From assembly GCA_036679645.1 (NCBI GenBank), contig JAZDCY010000014.1, positions 160,001-224,000 of the forward strand: a stretch of 64,000 bases of DNA, read 5' to 3'. Under the pieces are notes generated by a model. That model saw only the letters and a program-made list of their open reading frames with translations, was not told where the DNA came from and did no database searches. Of this stretch, positions 19,231 through 30,400 are shown in pieces. Position numbers and translations under genes: made by a program. The first letter of the stretch is position 1; each line of letters begins with the position of its first letter. This DNA comes from Gemmatimonadota bacterium (GTDB lineage: Bacteria; Gemmatimonadota; Gemmatimonadetes; Gemmatimonadales; GWC2-71-9).

Positions 19231-20175
19231 CTAATCAATGACAATCGTTGCCAAATGGGTCGGCGTTATCACCCTGGAATTGGGTGAAATGGCCGCGACC
19301 GCACTGATAAAAGGAACAATGTTTCTGGCAATGGCGGCCTCTTGAGAAAACCCATAAGGCAATCGAAAATTATCCCAATGGGTGGGTAGAATGACGGGTG
19401 GATTGCCGGTGACTTGCAGTAAACGCTCGTCATAATCATAGAGGCCCAATCTGGAGCCATTGACCCCGGCCAAGAGTATGTCCGGGCGAATCCCTTCCAA
19501 TTCCCGCTCAATGAAATTCATTGAGCCCATTGTCAGCACATCGTGATGATCGAACCGGGCCAAGAACATCAACGAGCCACCTTCAATAAACTGGTTTATT
19601 CTGAGTGGCGCTTCAATGTCACTGTTGCGGTCGAATCGCCTGGAATCGAAATAGTGTTTTTCGTTCAAGGCCGAATGAATGGAGGGCACAACCCGAACCG
19701 AGAAGTTTTCAAACTGATAATCTTCGCCGCCGCGGACAGCATACAGCTGATCTTCAGGAACGCCGTAGGCGCGCAATATGGTCATGGTTGTTTCGGTACC
19801 AATCACTTTGGCACCGGTTTTTTCGGCGATATAGGGCACATCTCCCAAATGATCAAAATGCCCATGATGCACCAGGATGAAATCAGCTCGAGTAATAATG
19901 CTATCGACTAAACTAGTATCCGATTGTGCCACGTCATCGCGCGCAAAACTGGGACGATGATCGTCAGGATGGCCGCCGCCGTATTTCAGACGCGAGACAT
20001 ACGGATCGATGAGCACAACGACGTTGCCATCAGATATTTCCCAACCCGCAGCGCCCAGATACTTCAATTGCAGGGGTGTGCTGTGCTCTTCGCTCTGTGC
20101 GCCAGCTCGCGACGTCAGAAGCACCACAGAAAACATGGCGCCAAATCCCAGGACGAATGTCCTAAAACGTTTCAT
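19231..20175 (-). CDS. Exported MBL-fold metallo-hydrolase
   Basis: HHGHFDHLGD, LPTHWD; signal peptide; visibly lower GC than flanks. Confidence 0.85.
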   Translation of the reverse strand: MKRFRTFVLGFGAMFSVVLLTSRAGAQSEEHSTPLQLKYLGAAGWEISDGNVVVLIDPYVSRLKYGGGHPDDHRPSFARDDVAQSDTSLVDSIITRADFILVHHGHFDHLGDVPYIAEKTGAKVIGTETTMTILRAYGVPEDQLYAVRGGEDYQFENFSVRVVPSIHSALNEKHYFDSRRFDRNSDIEAPLRINQFIEGGSLMFLARFDHHDVLTMGSMNFIERELEGIRPDILLAGVNGSRLGLYDYDERLLQVTGNPPVILPTHWDNFRLPYGFSQEAAIARNIVPFISAVAAISPNSRVITPTHLATIVID

Positions 20176-20189
20176 GATATTCCCCTAGT

Positions 20190-20275
20190 CGAAGCCATGC
20201 CGCCTTCGCCGAGGTGGCGCGCGAATATGTGTGTTCCTGCGAGTAAGCGCGAGATGCACGGAGTTGGGGGACGAC
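20190..20275 (-). pseudogene. Kinase scar: promoter copy 3 plus RHLGEGGMA coding remnant
   Basis: Minus strand TCGCGC-17-CATATT followed by cgccacctcggcgaaggcggcatggc. Confidence 0.65.
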
Positions 20276-20382
20276 TGGTCTTTGCTCACCGCAGAGAGCG
20301 CCGAGCACGCAGAGGTTGCGCTCGAAGACCGCCCGGGCCAACGCTTGGCGTATGCAGGTCAGGAGCGTGACATACGCGTGGT

Positions 20383-20937
20383 TCATATGGGGAGGTTCTC
20401 GAACAGGCTCGCAAGCGGCAGCGCGAGTTCCTCAGCGTCCGGCGCCACCCGCCACCGGAGCATGTCGGTGATGATCTCGGGACGTTTGTCATCCGGGTGC
20501 CAAACCTCTACCAGTGCTGCGTCGGGATCGACGATCCAATAGGTGGCGACGCCCTGGCGCTGGTAGAGCTGGCGCTTGACAAGGCGGTCTCCCCGGGCAG
20601 ATGAGGGCGAGAGGATCTCGGCGGCGAGCAGCAGCGTGCGTACGGTCTTCCAGGTGGCCGACATCTCGCGCGCGGGAATGACGAACAGATCGGGCTGCAC
20701 GAGCTTCTCCCGATCCCAACTGATGTCCGCGGGTGAGAAAAGCACAGCGACGTCGGGGTACTCCTCCAGGTGGTTGGCCAGCTCGCGGTACAATCGACCG
20801 AGCACCACCTGGTGCCGCGTCCCGGGCACGGGTGTCACGAGCAGCTCGCCGTCGACCAACTCGTAGCGGTTCCCGTCGTCGGGGAAGGCGAGCACTTCGT
20901 CCACGGTGTAGCGGCGGGCCGTATCTGGCATACCCAT
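20383..20937 (-). CDS. Uma2 family endonuclease
   Basis: RYELVDGELLVTP, VQPDLFV, EILSPSS, YWIVDP. Confidence 0.9.
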   Translation of the reverse strand: MGMPDTARRYTVDEVLAFPDDGNRYELVDGELLVTPVPGTRHQVVLGRLYRELANHLEEYPDVAVLFSPADISWDREKLVQPDLFVIPAREMSATWKTVRTLLLAAEILSPSSARGDRLVKRQLYQRQGVATYWIVDPDAALVEVWHPDDKRPEIITDMLRWRVAPDAEELALPLASLFENLPI

Positions 20938-21031
20938 AGGATGGCATCTCCTCGGCCGAGGGGGCAAGACATGGCCGATGATCTGAGATCTGCATTCAAC
21001 AATCTCCGATCGTTGTTTTGTCGACGTGTGT

Positions 21032-21796
21032 CTACTCGTCGCTGTGCGCTCCGGGCTCATACACCGCGAAAGCCGCCCCCTGCGGATCCGTTGCTTGGAC
21101 GATGCGACCCCCGGCGGGGACTTCCATTGGGCCGTTCACGACCTTGCCGCCATGTTCCGTGACCGTCTTGGCGAACGCATCCGCGTCCTTGATGTGTGCG
21201 TACGGGAGCCAATGCGGCGGCGCGGGCATGTCGGGCGGCTTGTTGTACATGCCCCCCATGCTCTTGCCGTCCAACCCGTACATGCGGTAGGTGCCGGCGG
21301 GCCCCATGTCCATGGTGTCGGTCTCTTCCCAGCCAAATAACGCCTGGTAGAACGGCCACGCGGCTTTCCAGTCGGTAGTCGCGAGTTCATGCCAACCGAA
21401 TTCGAGTTCGGGTTTCGCGTCTGGAGGGGGGGCGTCGCCGTGCGTGTGAATACCGAACGTCGCTCCCTGCGGATCCGCCAGGACGGCGTACTTGCCTCCG
21501 CCCGGAATGTCGCTGGGCCCGACGTAGGCCTTGGCACCCATGGACTTTGCTTTCGCTGCCGTCGCATCGACATCGTCAACGTTGAGGTACGAGATCCAAT
21601 GGGGTGGTGCGCCCATGGCCTCGGCCGGCAGCTTCATGACGCCCCCGATCGGCACGCCACCTGCGGTCCACATCTGGTAGTCGGCGTCAAAGGGCGCCGT
21701 GCCCAGACCGAGGACCTTGCCGTAGTAGTCGATCGCGGCGTCGACGTCTGTGGTCATGCAGTCGTGCCACGCGAAACTCCCATGTTTCTCTCCCAT
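21032..21796 (-). CDS. VOC/glyoxalase family two-domain protein
   Basis: FAWHD..T.D and WHEL.T.D repeats, DPQGA x2. Confidence 0.88.
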   Translation of the reverse strand: MGEKHGSFAWHDCMTTDVDAAIDYYGKVLGLGTAPFDADYQMWTAGGVPIGGVMKLPAEAMGAPPHWISYLNVDDVDATAAKAKSMGAKAYVGPSDIPGGGKYAVLADPQGATFGIHTHGDAPPPDAKPELEFGWHELATTDWKAAWPFYQALFGWEETDTMDMGPAGTYRMYGLDGKSMGGMYNKPPDMPAPPHWLPYAHIKDADAFAKTVTEHGGKVVNGPMEVPAGGRIVQATDPQGAAFAVYEPGAHSDE

Positions 21797-21958
21797 ATCC
21801 GTCTCCCTTGGCATTCTCCTTGTGTGGCTAGTCCACGATGGGCGTCGGCCCCCACGTTCGCTTATCGGTGTGGACGAATAAGAAAATGGCGCCCGACGAT
21901 TGCTCCTCGGCCCGACCCAATCGCAGATATGGAATCGCAAAGCCGCCGCTTCCCCTGC

Positions 21959-23122
21959 TCAGTACTCCCGAGCGTCGTGGGCCGCAGTTTCGGCAAGTCC
22001 TTCCGCTAGTTCGGCAATATCCCGTGATTGATTGTACGCGGCAATGGAAACCCTGACGCCCCTGGTTCGGGCGCCACAGACGATCTGGCGGCGTCGCAAC
22101 GCATCGGTAGCGGTTTGTGCATCGACCGCGGGGTGAGTCAGGGATATAATGTGCGGGGACTGTGCGGGGTCTCCTAGCCCACGAAACGGCAGCCAGCCAT
22201 ATTTTCCCACCGCCTCGATCAATGCGCCCGCCAGTTGTCGTGCATGTTCCTCGATAACCGTCTCACCGACCGCAAGTAGGTCGTCGAGCGCAGCGGTCAG
22301 ACCAGCAATCGACACGTAGGACATCGTCGACTGCGTGTACCGGCGGGCACCGTGAGCGAACCGGACGTGGGTCGCGTCGAACCCGAAGGGCTCCGGTGCG
22401 CCCATCCAGCCCGGTAACGGTGGCGCTCGCTCGAGCAGGTCCGGCGCAATCGCGGCCAGGGCCACCCCGCCATGTCCTCCCAACCACTTGTAACCGCTGG
22501 TCACGACGATATCGGCCTGCCACGTTGCAGCATCCACGCGAACGGCACCCGCCGCCTGCGTAGCGTCAACGATCAGACGGCCCCCGACATCGGTCGTCGC
22601 ATGCCGTAGGCGGGGTATGTCGATCTTCGTTCCCGTCCCGTACTGGACGCTGCTGACCGCAACCACGGCGGTTCGCTCGTCGACTTCCTCGATCAACGCG
22701 CTCGTGAGATCGACACCCGCCTCGTCCTCGACGAAGCGGACCTCGACATCATGCGTCGCGGCGTGAAGCAGCCATGGCCGAGTAACTGCTGGGAAGTCCG
22801 ACGCCACGGCCAGGACGCTGCTGCCGGCGCCAGGGTGGAGGAGCATTGGCAACTGCCCAAGCAGTTCGCTTGCACTCGCCAGGATGGCGATCCCGACCGG
22901 GTCCGCGTGTAACAGCTTCGCCGCACGTTCGCGCAACGACTCGGAGTAGGCAGCTTCCTCGGTATCGGACATGCGCACGTTGCCGTGCCTGCCCACGTCG
23001 TCCATGAACGCATGCATGGCCGACACCGCGGACCTCCCAATGAGTCCGAGTGACGCCTGGTTCAGATACACGGTGTCATCGAGCGTGGCGTACCGGGACC
23101 GGTCAACGGCCGATGGGATCAT
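21959..23122 (-). CDS. Aminotransferase class V PLP enzyme
   Basis: VYLNQAS, VDATQAAG, SGYKWLGG. Confidence 0.85.
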   Translation of the reverse strand: MIPSAVDRSRYATLDDTVYLNQASLGLIGRSAVSAMHAFMDDVGRHGNVRMSDTEEAAYSESLRERAAKLLHADPVGIAILASASELLGQLPMLLHPGAGSSVLAVASDFPAVTRPWLLHAATHDVEVRFVEDEAGVDLTSALIEEVDERTAVVAVSSVQYGTGTKIDIPRLRHATTDVGGRLIVDATQAAGAVRVDAATWQADIVVTSGYKWLGGHGGVALAAIAPDLLERAPPLPGWMGAPEPFGFDATHVRFAHGARRYTQSTMSYVSIAGLTAALDDLLAVGETVIEEHARQLAGALIEAVGKYGWLPFRGLGDPAQSPHIISLTHPAVDAQTATDALRRRQIVCGARTRGVRVSIAAYNQSRDIAELAEGLAETAAHDAREY

Positions 23123-23213
23123 CGCAGAGACCAAGGGTCCGGAGCACATGTGAGGGGCGGGAGGAGGTGCTCGGCGACAGATAGACCGTCGCCCTGCGAG
23201 AGGATCCTGCCGT

Positions 23214-23765
23214 CTAGCCGTGTCCGTCGCGTCTTTCCCCCCAACGTGCGGTGCCGGCGATGACTGCGGAGGCAACCAACCCGCTTATCCACGCGACCGG
23301 GTGCAGAAAGCTCGCTCGAAAGTGGAACCAGTAGTTGTCGTAGCCGGGCGAGCCCTCCGTGCCCGGCAGCACGAACACTTCCGGGGTCCACGTTACAAAA
23401 ACCAGCCAATCGATGATCACGACGTCCCACAGGTTGACGAACTGAAGCAGCAAGAACGCATGCCCCATGGCTAGTACGAACCTGTTCGCGGGTGGCGCGC
23501 CACGAAGAAAAGCCTTGGTTGAGCGTACCATCAGCCAAACGATCATTCCCAGACCAAGGAGAGCGAGTACCAACCGCTGCACAAACGGGGGTGTTGGCGG
23601 ATTCTCGACCAGCGCCTGAATCTCGGGTGGGTAATCCCCGAACCAGAGCCAGATGTTGATGAACGCCGTCCCCATTACAAAGACACTGAACGCCAGGCAA
23701 AGGAGCAGGCCGTCGACCAAGAGCCGACGGCTGAACAACCGTTTCAGGATCGAGCCTGGCGCCAT
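23214..23765 (-). CDS. Hypothetical multi-pass membrane protein
   Basis: Four hydrophobic segments; DYPPEIQ and LPGTEG..GY..Y.FH motifs. Confidence 0.6.
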   Translation of the reverse strand: MAPGSILKRLFSRRLLVDGLLLCLAFSVFVMGTAFINIWLWFGDYPPEIQALVENPPTPPFVQRLVLALLGLGMIVWLMVRSTKAFLRGAPPANRFVLAMGHAFLLLQFVNLWDVVIIDWLVFVTWTPEVFVLPGTEGSPGYDNYWFHFRASFLHPVAWISGLVASAVIAGTARWGERRDGHG

Positions 23766-23793
23766 GGCACCCGCAGTCTGAAGAGCGGGAACC

Positions 23794-24096
23794 TTAGGCG
23801 ACTCTTGCACGCCGCTTCGTGGTGACACTCACCTGCACATCGGCCGCCCCGAGCATCGCGATGAGTGTGTCGACACTGAAGCGTTCGATCTTGCCACGGA
23901 CGAGATCACTCACTCGGGGCTGGGACACGCCAAAGAGCTTGGCCGCCTGGACCTGGGTCAGGCCCCGATCCTCGATGAGCTTGCTGATCGCGATCATCAG
24001 ATCGGCGCGCACGCGGAGGTTTGCCGCCTCCTCGGGCCCGAACCCGAGATCGCGAAAGACGTTGTTGCTTGCGCGTCGACTCTTTTTTTTCGCCAT
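23794..24096 (-). CDS. HigA-like XRE HTH antitoxin
   Basis: NVFRDLGF...LTQVQAAKLFGVSQPRVSDL.RGKI.RFS. Confidence 0.88.
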   Translation of the reverse strand: MAKKKSRRASNNVFRDLGFGPEEAANLRVRADLMIAISKLIEDRGLTQVQAAKLFGVSQPRVSDLVRGKIERFSVDTLIAMLGAADVQVSVTTKRRARVA

Positions 24097-24105
24097 CCTG
24101 TCCTC

Positions 24106-24440
24106 CTACAGGTGCTTTCGGAGCGTCTGGACATCAGCCAGCCGCCTGTTGCCGAGCTCGATGTCTGCCTTCCGGGTGCGCCGCGTTCGCTTCTCGAACG
24201 CATGCAGGACATACACCGCCTCCGCGAACTTCGCGATGTAGAACACCCGATGCGCGGTGCCGCCGTGGAGTCGGATCTCGTAGACGCCGGACCCGACCGC
24301 ACTCATGGGCTTCCAGTCGTCAGGCATGAGTCCACTCTGGACGCGCCGCAGCTGTACCCGGCTTGGCTCCGCGCGTTGGCGGGGAAAGCCCGCAGATCAT
24401 CGAGCGCCGACCCAACCCAGTGGAGCGGTTTGTCGGGCAT
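24106..24440 (-). pseudogene. RelE/HigB (Gp49-like) toxin, frameshifted near 24355
   Basis: MPDKPLHWVGSALDDLRAFPANARSQAGY / (Q)LRRVQSGLMPDDWKPM...VLHAFEKRT; one C missing. Confidence 0.82.
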
Positions 24441-24445
24441 GGAGG

Positions 24446-24468
24446 AATATATAAGTAAATATATATTT
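24446..24468. promoter_or_regulatory. AT-rich inverted repeat, probable HigBA operator/promoter
   Basis: aatatata-agtaaa-tatatatt immediately upstream of the toxin ATG. Confidence 0.55.
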
Positions 24469-24524
24469 GGTCAAGGGTCTTGGCGAACACAGCCCCCCAA
24501 ATCCTCGCGGCACTCACCGCAGTC

Positions 24525-24594
24525 AAGAATCATCGCCAAGAAAATGCCGGCGATACGTTTCGTACCGCCGGCCCATGCACCGCCAGGGAATCGA
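24525..24594 (-). repeat. attR-like direct repeat: tRNA-Lys 3' end plus terminator
   Basis: 68/70 identical to 35772-35841. Confidence 0.9.
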
Positions 24595-24706
24595 CGCGCT
24601 GCGAGCCGAGATCGCGACAGCGATTCGTCGGTCATCGTCCCTCGCCAATTCTTCCAACGCTGCCTGCGCCTCGGTCACCATGTGCGCATACTCGGCATCG
24701 ATCACG

Positions 24707-27297
24707 TCAGTTCCCCACCTTCGCCTTCAACTCCTCGAACCAGTTCAAGACGACATGAATCTCGCGAGCCGGTGCGTCCGGATTCTGTGCCGCGACGAGG
24801 AACCGCTGCCCGTCTGCCGTTACGTCGTACGCTCCCCCACGCGCCGACGTAACGAAAAGTCGCCGGGGTACCCCTTCCCGAACGAACGCATCCCCGGTCG
24901 ACACCTTCGCCACCATGATCGTGTCCCCTTGGCGGAAGAACAGTTCGCCACTCTGAGCGGACCATCGCGGCCAGGTTCCACCGTCCACCGACACTTGTTG
25001 GCGCCCTTGTAGGCCGGGGAAGGACGCAACGTACACCTCGGCGTTCCCTGTCTCAGAAGACGTATACGCAAGCCACCGCCCGTCTGGGGAAAACTGTCCG
25101 TCCCGAACCTGTGGGATCGTGATGACTTCATGGTTCTCGAGATTGAGCACGATGCTTGTATCGCGGCCATGCGCGAACAACCAGACTCCATCGGGCGACC
25201 AGGATTTTGGATAGAAGTATTCCCTGTCGGAAAACACCGACGCTGGATCCGCCTGACCCGCCACGTCCAAGATCATGATCCGATACTCACCGGGTCCGTA
25301 TTTGCAGTAGGCAATGCGCCGGCCATCTGGCGACCAGATGGGATTGTCTTCGGTCGTTGGATCGAAGGTCAGGCGAACCTCGTCCCCGGTTATCGCATCG
25401 AACCTGGAAATGTCAGCATTGGCGGAAGCCACGAACGTCACGACATGCCGATCATCCGGAGAGAGGTCTAGCCATTCAACGGTCACTGGTTGTCCGATCT
25501 GCTCGATCAGTTCACCCCGTCGGTCAACCCACGTCAGAAGGTGATTACGCCAACTCGAGCCACGGACGAACGCAAAGGTGCCCACCTCGGCAACAGCAAA
25601 TGAGGCTCCTCCCGACCAATAGGCCGTGCGCACTCCCGACTCCACCACGACGGGGTCTGCGGTGACGCGCTGTTCGGTCAGATCGAAGGGTATAGCCTCG
25701 AGCGTCCCATCTTCGTCGGTATAGACGACGTGGCCGCTCGCCGTATATCGCCCGAACGTCGCGCCCTCGGCAATCGTGGTACGATTTCCGGTCGCGAGAT
25801 CCTCAACGACCACCTTGGCGTCGTGCCACATCTTGCTCGGCCCGAGTGCAGTGTAAAGGACGAGCTCACCGCCAGACAGCAGCTGCGGCCATCGATGGGA
25901 GCTCTCTCCGCGAGCGCTGTCGGGCATCGTGATCATGACCCAACCGTCGTCGGCTGCGCGCATGATGCCCTCCTCCGCACCTCCGATGTTGGTTCTCATG
26001 AACCCTTCCGCACTCAGAAAGCTCATGGGCACATCGACCACCGGTCCACCATCCACCCCTACACGCTTCAACGTAGTCCTGTCTTCGCTGAAAACGATCC
26101 ATTCCCCGTCACGCGAGAAAAACGGTAATCCCAAACCCTCGACGTGGTCGAATCGCTCGGTTTCGCCTCGTTCCAGCTCTCGTTTGTGAAGTACACCGTC
26201 AGCGAAATAGGCCAGCGTGCGCCCATCTGGCGAGATCGCGAAGTTGGGCCCCCACGACGCCATCATGAGCCCCCGAGGCACGGGGATCGTAAACCGCGTC
26301 ACGGGACGCGCCTCTGGAGCCGGCACGGGCCGGATCAGCCAACCGATGCTGCCGCTCACAGCCATCAAGACCAGGATTGGCACCCAACCGGCTGTTTGCC
26401 ACGTTCGGAATAACGAGCGCGATCGCTCCGCTGCGTGCGGTGCAACTTGGGCTCGGGGCATGACCCTCGCGTCCGTGAGGGCCTCTGCAAACTTCGCCGC
26501 ACTCTCGAAGCGATCCGCCGCCAGTTTCTCCAACGACTTGGCCGTGGCGGCGGCGACATGCGGCGGCACCGACTTCCGTAACTCCGTCACCGGCCGCACG
26601 TCGTCTGTTACGATCTTCATCACGATCGCCTGCGCCGAGGAGCCCGTATGCGGTGGCTCACCCGCCAACATCTCGTACAGCACCGCGCCCAACGAGTAGA
26701 CGTCGGAGCGGTTACTCAGGTTCCTCTCGGCGGTCGCTTGCTCGGGCGACATGTAGTGCGGTGTGCCGAGTGACATACCCGTCTCGGTCATGCGCCCACC
26801 CGCGGCCGCACTCACGGCCAGCGCGATTCCGAAATCCGCCACCATGGGCCGGCCGTTGTGCAGCAGGATGTTTTCCGGCTTGATGTCGCGGTGGATCACG
26901 CCCTGCTGGTGGGCGTACTCTAGCGCGTCGGCGACGTCACAGGTGATGCGAACCGCGTCGTCAATGCCCAACTGCGTTTCGCGATCCAGTTTTGCACGCA
27001 GTGTTTCCCCCTCGATGAACGGCATAACGTAGTACAGGAACCCGTCGGCCTCACCGGAATCAAACAGGGGCAAGATATGGGGGTGTTGGAGATTGGCGGT
27101 GGTCTTGATCTCCTGCACGAACCGCTCGGCACCGAGCACCGCCGCAGCTCGGGCCGCAGCACTTTCACGGCGACCTGCCGCTCGTGCTTCAGGTCCTCGG
27201 CGAGATAGACGGTCGCCATGCCGCCTTCGCCGAGGCGGCGTTCGATCTTGTATCGATCGGCGAGGGCGGTCGAGAGCCGGGAGGTGATTTCGGTCAT
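24707..27297 (-). pseudogene. Ser/Thr kinase + TM + PD40 propeller, frameshifted near 27146
   Basis: MTEITSRLSTALADRY...RPEL in one frame, AAVLGAERF... in another; one G missing (ctg-cggcg vs ctg-gcg-gcg). Confidence 0.88.
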
Positions 27298-27334
27298 GGG
27301 TCTAGAAGATGTGACTTCGTGACAGAGAGCGCGA
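27298..27334 (-). promoter_or_regulatory. Kinase-associated putative promoter, copy 4
   Basis: TCGCGC-17-CATCTT-8-ATG with diverged spacer sequence but identical spacing. Confidence 0.6.
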
Positions 27335-27425
27335 GGTTCGCGGAGTTTGGGCCCTATTGGGCCCCAATGCGAAAACGACCACTCAAGCGAGCGGACGGAG
27401 CGTGCGCGGGAGCGGACGCTCCGTC

Positions 27426-27478
<53 letters not shown>

Positions 27479-27486
27479 AATCGACT

Positions 27487-30400
27487 CTACGCCGCATCCC
27501 CAGTCTCGTATGTCAACCGAAACACGGTGTCCGCCACCCACCGCCTAAAACCTTCATTATCACTGAACTGCTTGAAGAGCTCAGTGTCATCTTTGAGCAG
27601 TCCCGTCACGACTCGCAGTAAAGCCCTATCGTGCTCGATACGAGCATTCTGTTTGTCGGAGTGCTCTCGTGCGTTCCGGTACGCCGTGTCTGCCAAGACC
27701 CCTGCCGGAATCTCCTCCGTGATGAGTCGGTGAATGCGATCCTTGTCGGTCCACGGAATGTTGCCAAAGTGATCGTTGAAGGCCTTGAGAATACTCGACA
27801 GGCGGTCGAGTTCCGGCTCGGGCTTGCGCCCCCCGCCGGTGGTCGGGACCGGCTCGATCTCCGCGTCCGCGTCGCGAAGCTGAATCTTCGCCGCCTCCTG
27901 TTTCTCGACGCGGTAGCTGTCCATGTCGATCGCTTCAAGGATCCCCCTGGCTGGATCCGGGTCGATGGGCGCCGGTAGCTTCGGAACAAGGAAGTTCAGA
28001 AAGATCGAAAGCCTCTCCCAATCGGCGTTGTTGTAGGGCAGGATGGACGCCAGGAATCCGTAGGTGCGTAAGAACGCCTTTGCCTTGCCCTTGAAGTCCA
28101 CCTGCCCGTCTTCGTCGAGCTGATCCTTGTAGACTGCGACACAGGCATCGAGAATTGGGTCGAGCTTGTCCCGGTCAGCGCCGCCCAGGTACAGCTCGAC
28201 GAGCCGGTCGATCTGTTCGGCCGCATAGACCTGATAACCGTCGAGAGTTGCTCTCAGGTCGTGGAGCTTGTTCGGGTCGGTCTCCTCGGCGAGGATCGTC
28301 GTGCGGTAGTAATCGGCGAACGCCGTCTCCATCGTATCCGCGTCGTTCATGAAGTCGAGCACGAACACGTCGTGCTTCCGAGGGCGCGCGCGGTTGAGCC
28401 GTGAGAGCGTTTGCACTGCCTTGATACCCGACAGAATCTTGTCCACGTACATCGTGTGCAGGAGCGGCTCGTCGTAGCCGGTCTGGAACTTGTCCGCGCA
28501 GACGAGAAACCGGTACGGGTGCGCCTGGATCTTGTCGGTGATCTTGCTGGATGGAAAACCGTTCAACGACACTTCGGTCACCTTCGTCCCGCCGAAGTCG
28601 TGCTCGCCGGAGAAGGCCACTATGGCCCTGTGAGGGCTCTTGCGCTCCACGAGATAGTCACGGATGGCATGGAAGTACTTGATGGCCCGTTCGATGCCGC
28701 TCGTCACCACCATCGCACGGGCATCTCCGCCGATCTTCCTGAGCGCAAGCACCTGTTCGTGGAAATGATCCACCATGATCTCGGCCTTGAGCCGGATCGC
28801 GTGGTCATGACTCTCGACGTAGCGCCGCAGCTTCTTCCTGGCGCGCTTGGTGTCGAACTCCGGATCCTCCTCGACGGTCTTGACCAGCCGGTAGTAGCTG
28901 TTGACCGGCGTATAGTGCTTGAGGACGTCCAGAATGAAACCCTCCTGGACGGCCTGCTTCATGGTGTAGCTGTGGAAGGGATGGTGCTTGACCGTTGCGT
29001 CTGGCTGGGGATTTGGCTCGCCGAAGATCTCGAGCGTCTTGTTCTTGGGCGTGGCGGTGAAGGCGAAGTAACTCGCGTTGGGCAGGAGCTTCTTGGCCTC
29101 GATCAGCCGGTTGATCCGGTCCTCCATTGTCTCGTCATCTTCCTCGGCCCCCGCCTCCGAGAGCGCCACGGACAGCGCGGCAGATGTGCGTCCGCCCTGG
29201 CTCGAGTGCGCCTCGTCGATGACGATGGCAAAGCGCCGCCCGCGGTGCTCGCTCCCGATCTCATCAATGATGAACGGAAACTTCTGCACCGTGGAGATGA
29301 TGATCTTCTTGCCCTCGGCGATGAACTTGCGCAAGTCGCCGGCACGCTCGGCGTGGCCCACGGTCGCCGCGACCTGCGCGAACTGCTTTATGGTGTTCTT
29401 GATCTGCTGGTCGAGGATCCTCCGGTCGGTAACCACGATGATCGAGTCGAACACCGCCGCATCGTGCTTCTCGAGACCGATCAGCTGGTGCGCGAGCCAG
29501 GCGATGGAGTTCGACTTGCCGCTGCCCGCCGAGTGCTGGATCGGGTAGCGCTTGCCCGCCCCGCGCCGGGCGGTGTCCGCCAGAAGCTCCCGCACAACAT
29601 CGAGCTGATGGTACCGCGGCCAGATCTGCGACTTCTTCTTCCGGCCGGTTTTCTCGTCCTTGATCTCGACTATCTGTGCGTAGTTCTCCAGGATGTCGGT
29701 CAGGCCCTCGCGCGTGAGGACACGCTTCCACAGGTAGTCCGTCTTGAGGCCGTTCGGGTTGGGCGGATTGCCGGCACCGTCGTTCCATCCCTGGTTGAAG
29801 GGCAGAAACCACGAGGCCTTGCCTTTGAGATGCGCGCAGAAGCGCACCTCGTGGTCGTCGACGGCAAAGTGAACAACGCAGCGGCCGAACTCGAACAGCT
29901 TCTCGCGCGGGTCGCGGTCGCGCTTGTACTGCTGCACGGCGTCGTCGACCGTCTGCTTGGTGAGGCTGTTCTTCAGTTCGAAGGTGGCGATGGGCAACCC
30001 GTTGATGAACAGGCCGAGGTCGAGCGCGAGCTGCGTCTCGTCGCGGCTGTAGCGGAACTGGCGAGTCACGCTGAACCGATTCGCGGCGAACCGCTCCTCT
30101 GCTTTGACGTTTCCGGGTGATGGCGTTGCGCAGAAGAGATCGACGTGGTGCGGGCCATGCTTGATGCCGTGCCGCAGCACATCGATCACGCCGCGCTTGC
30201 TGATCTCTCCCTGGAGTCGAGCCATGAACTGCCGGCGCGCGGGTCCGTCCGTGCCGAGCGACAGCGCTTCCTCGAGCGGTGGCTGCGTCGCCATGACGAA
30301 GCCGCGAAGCTGCACCAGGTCAACCGTGTACTCACGGTCGTAGTGCGTGGCGTCGCCTAGTAGCCACCCGGTCCCGCCCGCAACCGGCACCGACGTCTCC

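Noticed and set aside
12900..24500. Integron cassette array
   Set aside because: No integron integrase and no consistent attC (RYYYAAC...GTTRRRY) sites between genes
1..27300. Diversity-generating retroelement acting on kinase C-termini
   Set aside because: No reverse transcriptase and no repeat pair differing only at adenines was seen
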